Of a stretch of 64,000 nucleotides of DNA, positions 49,017 through 58,680 are shown piece by piece. The notes under the pieces were generated by a model. That model was not told where the DNA came from. It saw only the letters and a list, made by a program, of their open reading frames with translations, and made no database searches. Positions within the stretch are counted from its first letter, which is position 1. Each line of letters opens with the position of its first letter. Made by a program: the position numbers and the translations under genes. The stretch covers positions 512,001 through 576,000 of the forward strand of contig OZ244732.1 in assembly GCA_965219345.1 (NCBI GenBank), read 5' to 3'. The stretch comes from Nitrosopumilus sp. GTDB lineage: Archaea; Thermoproteota; Nitrososphaeria; Nitrososphaerales; Nitrosopumilaceae.

Positions 49017-49149
49017 TTAATTATTAATTATTGCACTCATTAAGGATTTTCCTCCAATTAGTGCTAAAATGGACAGTCCAACGTTTGCAACAATATTGAT
49101 TGCAAGTATTCCATAGTGATTGTTTTCAAGAAGATTTCTTTAGAATCAA
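49017..49149 (-). pseudogene. crcB: 3' remnant of a CrcB/FluC fluoride channel gene
   Basis: Manual translation (DS/frameshift)RNLLENNHYGILAINIVANVGLSILALIGGKSLMSAIINN*, resembling the last TM of CrcB; no start codon and no N-terminal three quarters. Confidence 0.7.
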
Positions 49150-49170
49150 TTTAGTCTAATCAAAAAAATC

Positions 49171-49608
49171 CTACAAGTTAATTGTAGAAGAAAATATTCT
49201 TTCAAATAATATATCTTTAAATTTATTTACCAAATCCATTATTACGCGAACTTGTTCCATTGTAACTTCTCTGAGACTTTGAATAATATCATTAAGTTTT
49301 GAAATTTCAGTTTGTAATTCTACCTTTTCATTTTTTAGAGTTGATATCTGTCCTTTAAGGTTGATATTTTGTTGTTTTAACATGTCATTTTCTTCAGTTA
49401 ATCGTTGTATTTTTTCTGATTCGGTGTTTACTGGGAATGGTTCAGGTACAGGATCAGGATCAGGTGGGTGAATTGGTTCTGGCTCTGGAGAAGGTACTGG
49501 AATTTCTGGTGGTTTTGGTCCTTGCTCAGTTTCAAATGCCAATGCAAATTGCAGAGAACTAACTGAAAGAAGTACAACAGTTAAAACAAAAATAAAACCA
49601 GTTTTCAT
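49171..49608 (-). CDS. secreted Pro-rich coiled-coil protein
   Basis: Signal peptide, PEPEP/PDPDP linker, heptad coiled coil. Confidence 0.75.
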   Translation of the reverse strand: MKTGFIFVLTVVLLSVSSLQFALAFETEQGPKPPEIPVPSPEPEPIHPPDPDPVPEPFPVNTESEKIQRLTEENDMLKQQNINLKGQISTLKNEKVELQTEISKLNDIIQSLREVTMEQVRVIMDLVNKFKDILFERIFSSTINL

Positions 49609-49684
49609 TTTAATTTTTCACAGAAATATTAGAGCGATTTCGTATATGAATATGATTATCGATTTTTAAGAATGAAAAATAGAG

Positions 49685-49903
49685 TTATTTGTAAAAACCA
49701 GGCTCTTGATCTCTTTTTTGTTTTGGAAGATCGTCCATAACAGCTTTGACAACTTCGTCGTGATTATATGTTAGATGTCTAAGAAATTTTGTTGATTCAT
49801 CTGCTCTAGTCTTTGCATCAGCAAATAACATCTCAGAGCTGCTCAGTTCAGTCATCATCATATTACATTCTTGGCATGGTTGAAAGTCAAGATAGAGTTT
49901 CAT
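49685..49903 (-). CDS. small protein with CxxC...HxxxH motif
   Basis: CQEC ... FLRHLTYNH; follows cdc48 on the same strand. Confidence 0.65.
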   Translation of the reverse strand: MKLYLDFQPCQECNMMMTELSSSEMLFADAKTRADESTKFLRHLTYNHDEVVKAVMDDLPKQKRDQEPGFYK

Positions 49904-49933
49904 TGTTATACGTCATTTTCCTTGGTATTTAGA

Positions 49934-52075
49934 CTATTTTATACATTGAGTAAGTGGAGCCTCTTTTTTTCGAGGTTTCACCTTGTCTACTGCATCAATC
50001 AAATCTTGTTGGGTAATTTTGATATCTTTAATATTTTGAGATTTACCATTAACATATCTCTTCAAAGCTGTTATTGCTGCTCTGTTTGTAACTGCAGCAA
50101 TGTCTGCACCACTGAAAGTATCTGTCAACTCTACAAGTTTTGTAATATTAGCATCACTCACAAGTGGTTTCTTTTTTGTGTGAATTTCAAAGATATGTTG
50201 TCTTCCTTTGGCATCAGGATTAGGGACTTCAATGATTCTATCAAACCTACCAGGTCTTAGTAGTGCCTCATCAACAATATCCAATCTGTTGGTTGCACCA
50301 ATTATCAAAACGTTATGAAGTTCTTCAAGTCCATCAATCTCGGTTAGAATTTGAGACACTACATTTTCTGTAACGTGTGATCCTGAACCCCCACTACCTC
50401 TTCGTGGAACAAGTGCATCAACCTCATCTAAAAAGATGATACATGGTGCTGCCTGTCGCGCTTTTCTGAAAATTTCTCTTACTCCTTTTTCAGATTCGCC
50501 AACCCACTTTGAGAGTAATTCTGGACCCTTAATGCTGATAAAGTTAGACTCTGTCATTTTTGCAAGTGCTTTTGCAATTAGGGTTTTACCAGTTCCAGGT
50601 GGACCATGAAGTAAAATTCCCTTTGGAGTTTCTACATTAACAAAATCAAAGGCTTCTTTGTGTTTGATAGGCCATTCAACTGCCTCGCAAAGTTCTTCTT
50701 TCAATTGATCTAGACCCCCAACATCATCCCAACTAACATTTGGAATTTGGACTTGTACCTCTCTGAGTGCACTTGGTCTAACTTCTTTTAATGCATCTCT
50801 AAAGTCATCACTAGTAATTTGGATTTTTTGAAGAATTTCTGAAGAAACTTTTTCTTCATCAAGATCAATTTCAGGAAGAATTCTACGAAGAGATCTCATA
50901 GCAGCTTCTTTGGATAATACTTCCAAATCAGCTCCCACAAATCCATGTGTAGTCTTTGAAATTTGTTTTAGATCTACTTTGTCATTTATTGGCATACCAC
51001 GTGTATGAATTGAAAGAATATCGAATCTTCCCTCGTCATCAGGAATTCCAATTTCAATTTCTCTATCAAGTCTTCCTGGCCTTCTAAGTGCCGGATCAAT
51101 GGAGTCGGGTCTGTTAGTAGCAGCAATTACTACAACTTTTCCTCTGGACTTCATACCATCCATTAGTGTTAAGAGTTGAGAAACTATTCTCTTCTCAACG
51201 TCACCAGATACTTCATCTCTCTTAGGAGCTATAGAATCAATCTCATCAATGAAAATTATACTAGGTGAGTTTTCTTCAGCTCGTGTGAAAATTTCTCTAA
51301 TTCTCTCTTCACTTTCTCCATAAAACTTACCCATAATTTCAGGCCCACTAAGTGAGATAAAGTGAGCATTGGTTTCTCCCGCAACTGCTTTTGCAAGTAG
51401 AGTCTTTCCTGTGCCTGGTGGGCCATATAGTAATACGCCTTTTGGTGCCTCTACGCCTATTTTTTCAAACAACTCAGGATGCCTCATGGGTAACTCAACC
51501 ATTTCACGGATCTTCTGAACTTCATTTTTTAGGCCACCAAGTTCATCATATGTTATTCTTGGGACAGATGCATCAACTGCTTTTGTCATTGTTCCAAGTT
51601 TGAAGATTGTATTCTCAGTAACAATAACTGGTTTTGATGGCTTTGTACTAGTTACAACAAATTGAACTCTACTTCCCATCTGTGTGTTTAGGGATAATGA
51701 GTCTCCAGTTGTAAAGACATGATTAAGATAGTTGTAAATCATATATTCTTGTAATCCTTCTGCTGTAATCTTTTCAGTTGGTGATAATACAATCTGTTCA
51801 GCATTTGCAGTTTCGACAGATTTTAATAAAATTTTATCACCAATTCCAGCTCCAATATTTTGTCTTGTAATTCCATCAATTTTGATAATGTTTGCTCCAT
51901 ATTCTTCAGTGGTACCTGGCCAGAGTTTAACATGTGTTTTTTTATTGTATTTTAATTCTAGAATTTGACCGGTATTCCATTTTTGATCCTCAATAATTTT
52001 AGGATCAACAATTGCCCTACCCCTTCCAACATGTTGTTGTGGAATTTCATCTACTTTTAAAATAATTTTGCTCAT
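49934..52075 (-). CDS. cdc48: CDC48/VCP family AAA+ ATPase
   Basis: N-domain, two GPPGTGKT Walker A motifs, DEID/DEVD, RPGR(L/F)DR. Confidence 0.96.
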   Translation of the reverse strand: MSKIILKVDEIPQQHVGRGRAIVDPKIIEDQKWNTGQILELKYNKKTHVKLWPGTTEEYGANIIKIDGITRQNIGAGIGDKILLKSVETANAEQIVLSPTEKITAEGLQEYMIYNYLNHVFTTGDSLSLNTQMGSRVQFVVTSTKPSKPVIVTENTIFKLGTMTKAVDASVPRITYDELGGLKNEVQKIREMVELPMRHPELFEKIGVEAPKGVLLYGPPGTGKTLLAKAVAGETNAHFISLSGPEIMGKFYGESEERIREIFTRAEENSPSIIFIDEIDSIAPKRDEVSGDVEKRIVSQLLTLMDGMKSRGKVVVIAATNRPDSIDPALRRPGRLDREIEIGIPDDEGRFDILSIHTRGMPINDKVDLKQISKTTHGFVGADLEVLSKEAAMRSLRRILPEIDLDEEKVSSEILQKIQITSDDFRDALKEVRPSALREVQVQIPNVSWDDVGGLDQLKEELCEAVEWPIKHKEAFDFVNVETPKGILLHGPPGTGKTLIAKALAKMTESNFISIKGPELLSKWVGESEKGVREIFRKARQAAPCIIFLDEVDALVPRRGSGGSGSHVTENVVSQILTEIDGLEELHNVLIIGATNRLDIVDEALLRPGRFDRIIEVPNPDAKGRQHIFEIHTKKKPLVSDANITKLVELTDTFSGADIAAVTNRAAITALKRYVNGKSQNIKDIKITQQDLIDAVDKVKPRKKEAPLTQCIK

Positions 52076-52102
52076 TTTATCATCTCAAAAATTAAGGGGG
52101 GG

Positions 52103-52594
52103 TTATTCAACCTCCACTGTTTTGCCTTTTGGTTTTTCTTCAACTAACTTAAAGACTAGTTCTAAAATTCCGTTTTTATAAGAAGCCTTTACAGAGTTCT
52201 CATCAACTTTGTGTTTTAGTGGAACTTTTACATGATATTTTTTTTCGTCATGTTCTGCAGAAAGATCTACATCCTTGTCTTCAACAATAATTTTAACATC
52301 AGTCTTTTCAACTCCTGGCATCTCAGCTATTAGTTTTACAGTCTTTTCTTTTTCATCGACAATTGTGTCGACAATTGGCTCTCTTGTACTAGAAGTTGAA
52401 AGTTGGTCTGGTTTGACATTTCCAAACTCATTTACAACAGGTTTTCCATCTGGACCAATGGTCATTGTATAACCGTAACAACATGAACTAGCATCATTTC
52501 CTTTGAATTTCTCAAAAATATCATCTACATTGAAAAAAGAGTTTGATATACTTCTGAAAATTCTATCAATTTCACTATCAAAGAATGTTGTCAT
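52103..52594 (-). CDS. hsp20: small heat shock protein Hsp20
   Basis: GPDGKP...FGNV, AEMPGVEK, ASYKNGILE. Confidence 0.93.
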   Translation of the reverse strand: MTTFFDSEIDRIFRSISNSFFNVDDIFEKFKGNDASSCCYGYTMTIGPDGKPVVNEFGNVKPDQLSTSSTREPIVDTIVDEKEKTVKLIAEMPGVEKTDVKIIVEDKDVDLSAEHDEKKYHVKVPLKHKVDENSVKASYKNGILELVFKLVEEKPKGKTVEVE

Positions 52595-52698
52595 ATTTAT
52601 CTACTATATGTAATATATATGACATTATATAAAGATTATCGTGATTTCTTTGATTTCTTACATAATCCTATTATAACTGACATATTATAATAATCTTA

Positions 52699-53364
52699 AT
52701 GAGGATTTCAAACATATCTGTGCCTGAAATTGTAAGGGAAATAATTACCAGAAATCGTTCGATTTATGATTGTATGAAGATGGATATGATAAACTACACA
52801 GCATTGGCAGTAAAGATTCAACCAGAGATTGAAAATATTCTAGGAAATTCTGTTAATCTGAATACTGTGGTAGTTGCAATAAAACGATATGCAGATTCAT
52901 TTGAAACGAAAGAAGAAATCAAAGAAGAACCAGTTTTGAGAAATGCTAGATTATCTTTAACTGATGGAATTATGGATATTAAATTTTCAATTAAGGATTC
53001 AAATGAAATTGATCCTATGACAATTTTAGATAGATTCTCCAAGGTAACAAACAATTATGATTTTTTCAGACTATCTGATTCTTTTAGATTCCTTACAGAA
53101 GATATGGAAGACATTCGACAGATCTTCAGAAATGTTTCAAACAAAGATAATATGTTCAACACAGGTCTTGCAAAGATTAGAATCTCAATACCTACATCTC
53201 AGAACCAATCAGATGTAGTTTCTTATGTTGCTGAGGTATTACATGCCAGTGGAATTGAGTTAGAAAATGCATTTTTCAGCCAAGATAGTATCACTATCAT
53301 TCTAAACGAAAAGGATTCATCAAGGGCATATGATATCTTACATTCAGATATTATGAGAGCCTAA
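52699..53364 (+). CDS. conserved archaeal protein, N-terminal HTH-like plus C-terminal ACT-like domain
   Basis: INYTALA..I, VVVAIKRY, C-terminal V.Y....L...GI pattern. Confidence 0.7.
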   Translation: MRISNISVPEIVREIITRNRSIYDCMKMDMINYTALAVKIQPEIENILGNSVNLNTVVVAIKRYADSFETKEEIKEEPVLRNARLSLTDGIMDIKFSIKDSNEIDPMTILDRFSKVTNNYDFFRLSDSFRFLTEDMEDIRQIFRNVSNKDNMFNTGLAKIRISIPTSQNQSDVVSYVAEVLHASGIELENAFFSQDSITIILNEKDSSRAYDILHSDIMRA

Positions 53365-53432
53365 GAATCCCATAATTTTAATGGAAATATTTCTTATAGC
53401 ATATATTCACCCAATCTGTAAAAAGGGCACAA

Positions 53433-54791
53433 TTGGCTAGAAACAAGAAGAAAGTTGTGATTTTAGGTGGTGGTTTTGCAGGAGTAGAATGTGCTCGACA
53501 ATTAGAATCTGAATTTGGGAATGATCCTGAAATAGAACTAGTAATGGTAAGTGAAGATAATTTTCTGTTATTTACACCCATGCTACCACAAGTAGCATCA
53601 GGAATGATTGAAACTAGACATATAGTTATGCCTATCAGAACTATCTGTAAGAAAACAAAGTTCTATGAAGGTAGAATTAAAAATATCGATCCCCATGGAA
53701 AACTGGTAACTCTATGGGGAACTATGGATAAGAGAAGTATATCAATTCATTATGATTTTCTGATTATTGCGCTTGGTAGTGAGACGAATTTTTTTGGAAT
53801 GGCAGATGTGGAAAAAAATGCCTACACCATGAAGACACTCAATGACGCTGTGATGTTAAGAAATAGAGTTATTGATATGCTTGAACAGGCTGAAAATGAG
53901 ACCAACCCAATTCTTAGAAAAAGCTTTTTGAGTTTTGTTGTGGTAGGGGGTGGTTTTGCAGGAATTGAGACTGCTGGTGAGTTGATGGATCTACTTTTGG
54001 ATACACGAAAATACTATCCTACTATCCACAGAGAAGATCTCAAAGTTATCGTGTTAGAGGCATTACCAATGATTTTGCCAGGATTTGAACAAAAACTAGC
54101 AGAGTTTGCAAAAGATAAGATGGCAGAGAGGGGAATTGACATTAGATTAAAAACAGCAGTAACTAGTTTTGATGGAAATGAAGTTACCACAAAATCATTG
54201 GATGAAAATCCAAAAAATTCTATAGATGAATCGAAGATTGATGCAATTAGAACAATGACTTTGATTTGGACTGCAGGGGTAACTCCTGTTAACACAATCA
54301 AGAGATCAATATTCAAGACTGATAAGGGCAAAGTCATCGTTAATGACCATCTTGAGGTTCAGGACTTTCCAGGAGTTTTTGTGGTTGGGGATTGTGCATT
54401 ATTTTTAGATCCTGAAACACAAAGACCATTTCCTCCAACTGCACAAATTGCTGAAGCTCAAGCAAAAACAGCATCTAAAAATTTAAAGGCATTAATTAAA
54501 AATTCACAAAAAGAAAAATTCGTATATCATTCTAAGGGACAAATGGCAATTATTGGTAAGAGATCAGGGATTGCTACATTATTGGGAATGAACATCTCTG
54601 GATTTTGGGCATGGTTGATTTGGAGAAATGTCTATCTTTCAAAAATTCCAACTTTTAATAAAAAATTTAGAGTGTTACTTGATTGGGTTATCGATTTGTT
54701 CTTTGATAGAGACATTTCTAGACTAAAACTAATGAAGCGTGAAACTGAGAAGGAATACAAGTTACTTGATGAAGTAGATGATGTTTGGTAA
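53433..54791 (+). CDS. type II NADH dehydrogenase-like FAD/NAD(P) oxidoreductase
   Basis: Two GGGFAG motifs, FTPMLPQ, IWTAGV, GDCA, PPTAQ.A. Confidence 0.9.
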   Translation: MARNKKKVVILGGGFAGVECARQLESEFGNDPEIELVMVSEDNFLLFTPMLPQVASGMIETRHIVMPIRTICKKTKFYEGRIKNIDPHGKLVTLWGTMDKRSISIHYDFLIIALGSETNFFGMADVEKNAYTMKTLNDAVMLRNRVIDMLEQAENETNPILRKSFLSFVVVGGGFAGIETAGELMDLLLDTRKYYPTIHREDLKVIVLEALPMILPGFEQKLAEFAKDKMAERGIDIRLKTAVTSFDGNEVTTKSLDENPKNSIDESKIDAIRTMTLIWTAGVTPVNTIKRSIFKTDKGKVIVNDHLEVQDFPGVFVVGDCALFLDPETQRPFPPTAQIAEAQAKTASKNLKALIKNSQKEKFVYHSKGQMAIIGKRSGIATLLGMNISGFWAWLIWRNVYLSKIPTFNKKFRVLLDWVIDLFFDRDISRLKLMKRETEKEYKLLDEVDDVW

Positions 54792-56336
54792 TTAGGAAAA
54801 ATTCTGTTTGATAAGTTGTTTTCTAATTTTATAGATAATTATTGTTGGTGCTACAAAATACATTCCAACATTCATCAAAATTATTCCAATTCCATAAGAT
54901 AATATTTCTTGTTCAGAATCAATCTCTGCAAAGTTTAGAATCGACAGTGTAGATAACATTGGAGTGATTGAGAGTTTTACAACTTGTTTGAAAACAGGAT
55001 ATTCACGTTCCAGATCAGCAATTGTTGGTGAAAATGAGTAGTAGAATTGATTAAATCCAGTCATAAATGCAATTCCAGATTCTGTTGATAAGAGAGTATT
55101 ATCTCTAAGCTCTCTTAGTTGTTGTACTTGAGGAGTTAATTCAGAACCAAAGGCGGCAGTCGCAATCAAACATCCTCCTCCCTCTTCTATTGGTTCTCCA
55201 ACAGATTCATCTATGGATGAATCTTGGGAAAATATTTCAAAGGAATTAATTGTTTCTTCAAATCCTGGAAGTTGAGAATCGAATTCATCTACACCATTAG
55301 TATATGCAAGTGTGTAAAATTTTTCAGTACCAAAAACCAAAACTTCTTTAAATTTTATATCCAAATTTTCGCCGCCTGATGAAAAATATCCTTCTGCATT
55401 AATTGCATATGCCTTGATGCCGTTGACAGTTGTTAGATGCTGTGAAATTATAGACAAACTTCCCAATTCAAGTGCTTCCTTTAATGTTTCTTTTTTGTCA
55501 GAAATAATTTCAGCAAGAGTTCTTTGATTTGTTTGTTGTATTGTTAATGTAATTACTGGATTTATCACTCCTATTTTTGGCCCCACTGCAACTACATCTG
55601 GAGAATTTTCTTGTGTTTTTTCAGGTTGTTGTAAGAACCAGCCTTCAGGTGCGCTAAATGCAATTCCATGTTCACTACTTTCAAATTTCTGATTATCAGC
55701 TGGCGGAATTATGGCAGGTAGTTTACGTTCAGACTCAGATAATTCAAGAAGATTTGAAATCTCAGAACGGCTAACAGTTGTAGCTTTTGTAATTTTGACT
55801 TGTTCTGTATCTAAAGGAACGTCTCTGTCACCAATTTGAACTGCTGCAATTTTATCAAGTGTCTGAAAACTTTCATCGGTCGCAATTCTACCAAATACAG
55901 TATATTGACCATCAAGAAAGTTAGAATTTTTGTGAACTATGAAAAATTGTGAGCCTCCACTGTTTGGATCAGCTGATCTTGCCATTGAAACAATTCCGCG
56001 ATTATGTTTGATTGTATTAAATTCAGCATCTACTCTTTCATCTGGGCCTCCCTGCCCCCAAGTACTTGGATCACCATCAATTGTATTTGGATCACCACCC
56101 TGAATCATAAAGCCAGGAATTATTCTATGAAAAAATGTTCCATCATAAAATTCTGATTCAGTTAGTCCAATGAAATTATCAACATGCTTTGGGGCATCCT
56201 CATGGAAAAACTCTATTACAATAATCCCAAGATTTGTTTCCAAGACAACTAATTTTTCATCATCAAGAGCAAATGCTTGATTCCCAACACTAGCTAAGAT
56301 TAATGAAACTGCAATCATCAAAAATATTTTATTCAA
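54792..56336 (-). CDS. exported cyclophilin-type PPIase with PsbP-like domain and CFI-box C-terminal domain
   Basis: FHRIIPGFMIQGGDP, SGGSQFFI, LDGQYTVFG; GGGCLIATAAFGSEL..QVQ.LRE.RD thaumarchaeal C-terminal domain plus TM. Confidence 0.92.
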   Translation of the reverse strand: MNKIFLMIAVSLILASVGNQAFALDDEKLVVLETNLGIIVIEFFHEDAPKHVDNFIGLTESEFYDGTFFHRIIPGFMIQGGDPNTIDGDPSTWGQGGPDERVDAEFNTIKHNRGIVSMARSADPNSGGSQFFIVHKNSNFLDGQYTVFGRIATDESFQTLDKIAAVQIGDRDVPLDTEQVKITKATTVSRSEISNLLELSESERKLPAIIPPADNQKFESSEHGIAFSAPEGWFLQQPEKTQENSPDVVAVGPKIGVINPVITLTIQQTNQRTLAEIISDKKETLKEALELGSLSIISQHLTTVNGIKAYAINAEGYFSSGGENLDIKFKEVLVFGTEKFYTLAYTNGVDEFDSQLPGFEETINSFEIFSQDSSIDESVGEPIEEGGGCLIATAAFGSELTPQVQQLRELRDNTLLSTESGIAFMTGFNQFYYSFSPTIADLEREYPVFKQVVKLSITPMLSTLSILNFAEIDSEQEILSYGIGIILMNVGMYFVAPTIIIYKIRKQLIKQNFS

Positions 56337-56409
56337 TAATTTTTTCCAATATGGCCTACTTAAAAGCCAATTGTATTAGTTTTTAACAAAGTCAAGTAAT
56401 TCAACCGAT

Positions 56410-56901
56410 ATGCAATCTGATGAGAAGATTCAGGCTCACCTAGTTTCAATATGGAGAGAGTCTAAAAAGTTCTTTTCAATTGGTGGAAAAGAAGGCATGT
56501 TAATACTAACTGACAAACATTTGATGTTTGTACATAAGACAGAATCTATGATGAAGTGGTGGAAGGCTGTTACTCAAAGGCAGGTGATTAATTTTCTCAG
56601 ATCAAAGAATACAATGATTATTCATGATGGTTATGAAGAAGGGGAACTAATGAATGATTTAGAAAATAAGAAAAATATCGAATTAGCGTTTGATGATATT
56701 TCCAGTGTTAGTTTTGAAGAAAAGGTTTGGGGAAGTGCATTATTGTTAGAGTATGAAAAAGACGGAAAACAAGAAAAATTTCAATATGCGATAGCACAAG
56801 ACTGGGTAAAGTACCCTGCAAAAGAGCCAACAAAATACATGAAAGTAGATTGGAAGCCTTTTGTGCAATATATTAAAGACAGACAAATAGTTACGAAGTA
56901 A
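56410..56901 (+). CDS. hypothetical protein, possible PH/GRAM-like fold
   Basis: G.LILTDKHLMF strand pair and I.FDDI..V motif. Confidence 0.6.
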   Translation: MQSDEKIQAHLVSIWRESKKFFSIGGKEGMLILTDKHLMFVHKTESMMKWWKAVTQRQVINFLRSKNTMIIHDGYEEGELMNDLENKKNIELAFDDISSVSFEEKVWGSALLLEYEKDGKQEKFQYAIAQDWVKYPAKEPTKYMKVDWKPFVQYIKDRQIVTK

Positions 56902-56903
56902 AA

Positions 56904-57620
56904 TTGGGAAAAGTTTACGCTGTTGGTGTTGGGCCTGGCTCGCCAAAATATGTAACTGAAATTGTAAAAGAGATTATTCAGAATTGTGATATTGTAATTG
57001 GCTATAAATACACATTAAAGACAATAGAGTATTTGATTGAAGGAAAAGAGATCTATGAAATTACTATGAAAGATCAGGAAGAATCCTATCAAAAAATTGC
57101 CCCTGAGCTTGGTGATAAAATATTAGTAATTCCATTTACTGGAGATGTGAATTTTTCTGAGTCAGAAGTTGTGGATAGATTAATAGAAATTTTTGGTGAA
57201 GTTGAGATTGTTCCTGGAATCAGTTCAATTCAAGTCGCTGCGTCAAAAGCTCAAGTTCCTCTTGATAAATCCAAAGTAATTACAATGCATGTTACAACCC
57301 CAATTGAAGATAAGAAATTAGAATTGCGAAAGGCATTGATTGATGGTTTTAGTGTGGTTTTAGTTCCAAGGCCTTGGCCAAATCAACCAAACAAACACTT
57401 TATGGCATCAGAGATAGCTGTTTATCTTCGAGAGCATGGTTTTGATACTGCTAAAATTAAAGTTCATGTTTTTGAGGCTATAACAACTGAAAATGAAACT
57501 AGTTTTGTAGGAACTGTGAAAGATTTAGAGGGAAAAGAGTTTTCTGATTTGTCCATAATTGTGTTTAATCAGACAAGTTTGGATTCATACATGAATTATA
57601 GATGGCAGTGGGAAAACTAG
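56904..57620 (+). CDS. cbiE: cobalt-precorrin-7 C5-methyltransferase
   Basis: VGVGPGSP, TGD..FS, VPGISSIQVAAS. Confidence 0.85.
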   Translation: MGKVYAVGVGPGSPKYVTEIVKEIIQNCDIVIGYKYTLKTIEYLIEGKEIYEITMKDQEESYQKIAPELGDKILVIPFTGDVNFSESEVVDRLIEIFGEVEIVPGISSIQVAASKAQVPLDKSKVITMHVTTPIEDKKLELRKALIDGFSVVLVPRPWPNQPNKHFMASEIAVYLREHGFDTAKIKVHVFEAITTENETSFVGTVKDLEGKEFSDLSIIVFNQTSLDSYMNYRWQWEN

Positions 57621-58546
57621 TTGCCCAAGTTTTGTTCTTGGCCTAGATTCAAAGAATCAACATTTGTAAAGACATATGCAATAATTGTCATCCAAGGATA
57701 ATCAGGATCATATAGTCTGTAAAATCCTGAATCATCAAATGTTATACTAACTGATTTTCCTGGAATAATTTCCCCAGTTGAGATTCTTCCATCTTCTTCA
57801 AATGGAACATAACGATCATTCTTTTCTGTTCCGCTAAGAATACTGTGAGATACTGTATCGCCATTCACCATTGTAATGGTAGTTCCTGGTTCTATTGAAA
57901 TCCTATCTTGTGAGAAATATCTCAATCTAAGTGAGTCATATGCATTTTGTGTTTCAATTGCTTGACTTTTAGTAGATTCAAATTCATTGTAACCACTTGC
58001 AACGCCTTGTGAAGATGAGCCCATAAGAATAGAAATTGTAAGATCATCTGATTTTTCAGATACAGTTGATGTTGTTACAATTTTTGAGAGTGTAGATAAT
58101 TTTGTTGTGTAGATTATTTTGTAAGTTTCGTCTGGTGTTGTAATTCTACCAGTAAAACCATAAACTGATGCATCTTTACTTTCTTCAACTAGTCTTCCAA
58201 AGAAGCTAACTGAAGTATCAAATCCTCTTGAACTCTCAATGTCTCCATTAATTCTAATAAAACGGCCTTCACGCAAAAATTTTCCTTCTAAATTAGAGAT
58301 AACAAATTCATCATCATCTAATGTAATAAAACCATCTTCAGTTAGAAAGTCAATTGAACTTCCACGTTGTTGTTGAGAAGACAAACCTAGATCAAGTTCT
58401 GAAATTTTAATTGATTCCTCAGTTACCGCAAATCCAGAGCCCTCTAAAAGAAATGCCTGGTTCTCAGAAATTTCAGCAAATGATTCATTGATAAAATGTC
58501 CTGATGAAAATACAAGTAATGCTAATAGTGCTATGGTCAGCTTCAC
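57617..58546 (-). CDS. secreted protein with a C-terminal cupredoxin-like domain lacking canonical Cu ligands
   Basis: GTTITMVNGDTVSHSILSG...F..SGFYRLYDPDYPWM. Confidence 0.75.
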   Translation of the reverse strand: MKLTIALLALLVFSSGHFINESFAEISENQAFLLEGSGFAVTEESIKISELDLGLSSQQQRGSSIDFLTEDGFITLDDDEFVISNLEGKFLREGRFIRINGDIESSRGFDTSVSFFGRLVEESKDASVYGFTGRITTPDETYKIIYTTKLSTLSKIVTTSTVSEKSDDLTISILMGSSSQGVASGYNEFESTKSQAIETQNAYDSLRLRYFSQDRISIEPGTTITMVNGDTVSHSILSGTEKNDRYVPFEEDGRISTGEIIPGKSVSITFDDSGFYRLYDPDYPWMTIIAYVFTNVDSLNLGQEQNLGN

Positions 58547-58680
58547 GATAGATTTGTCTTCTAATTTGGTTTATAATTTGCTACTAAATTATTTTAGATA
58601 CAAGATATAGTATATCTAAACTCGAGCCTGTTTGAGGGTGATTTCATAAATTATTTGAAGAGAAAACTAATTCATCAGTT

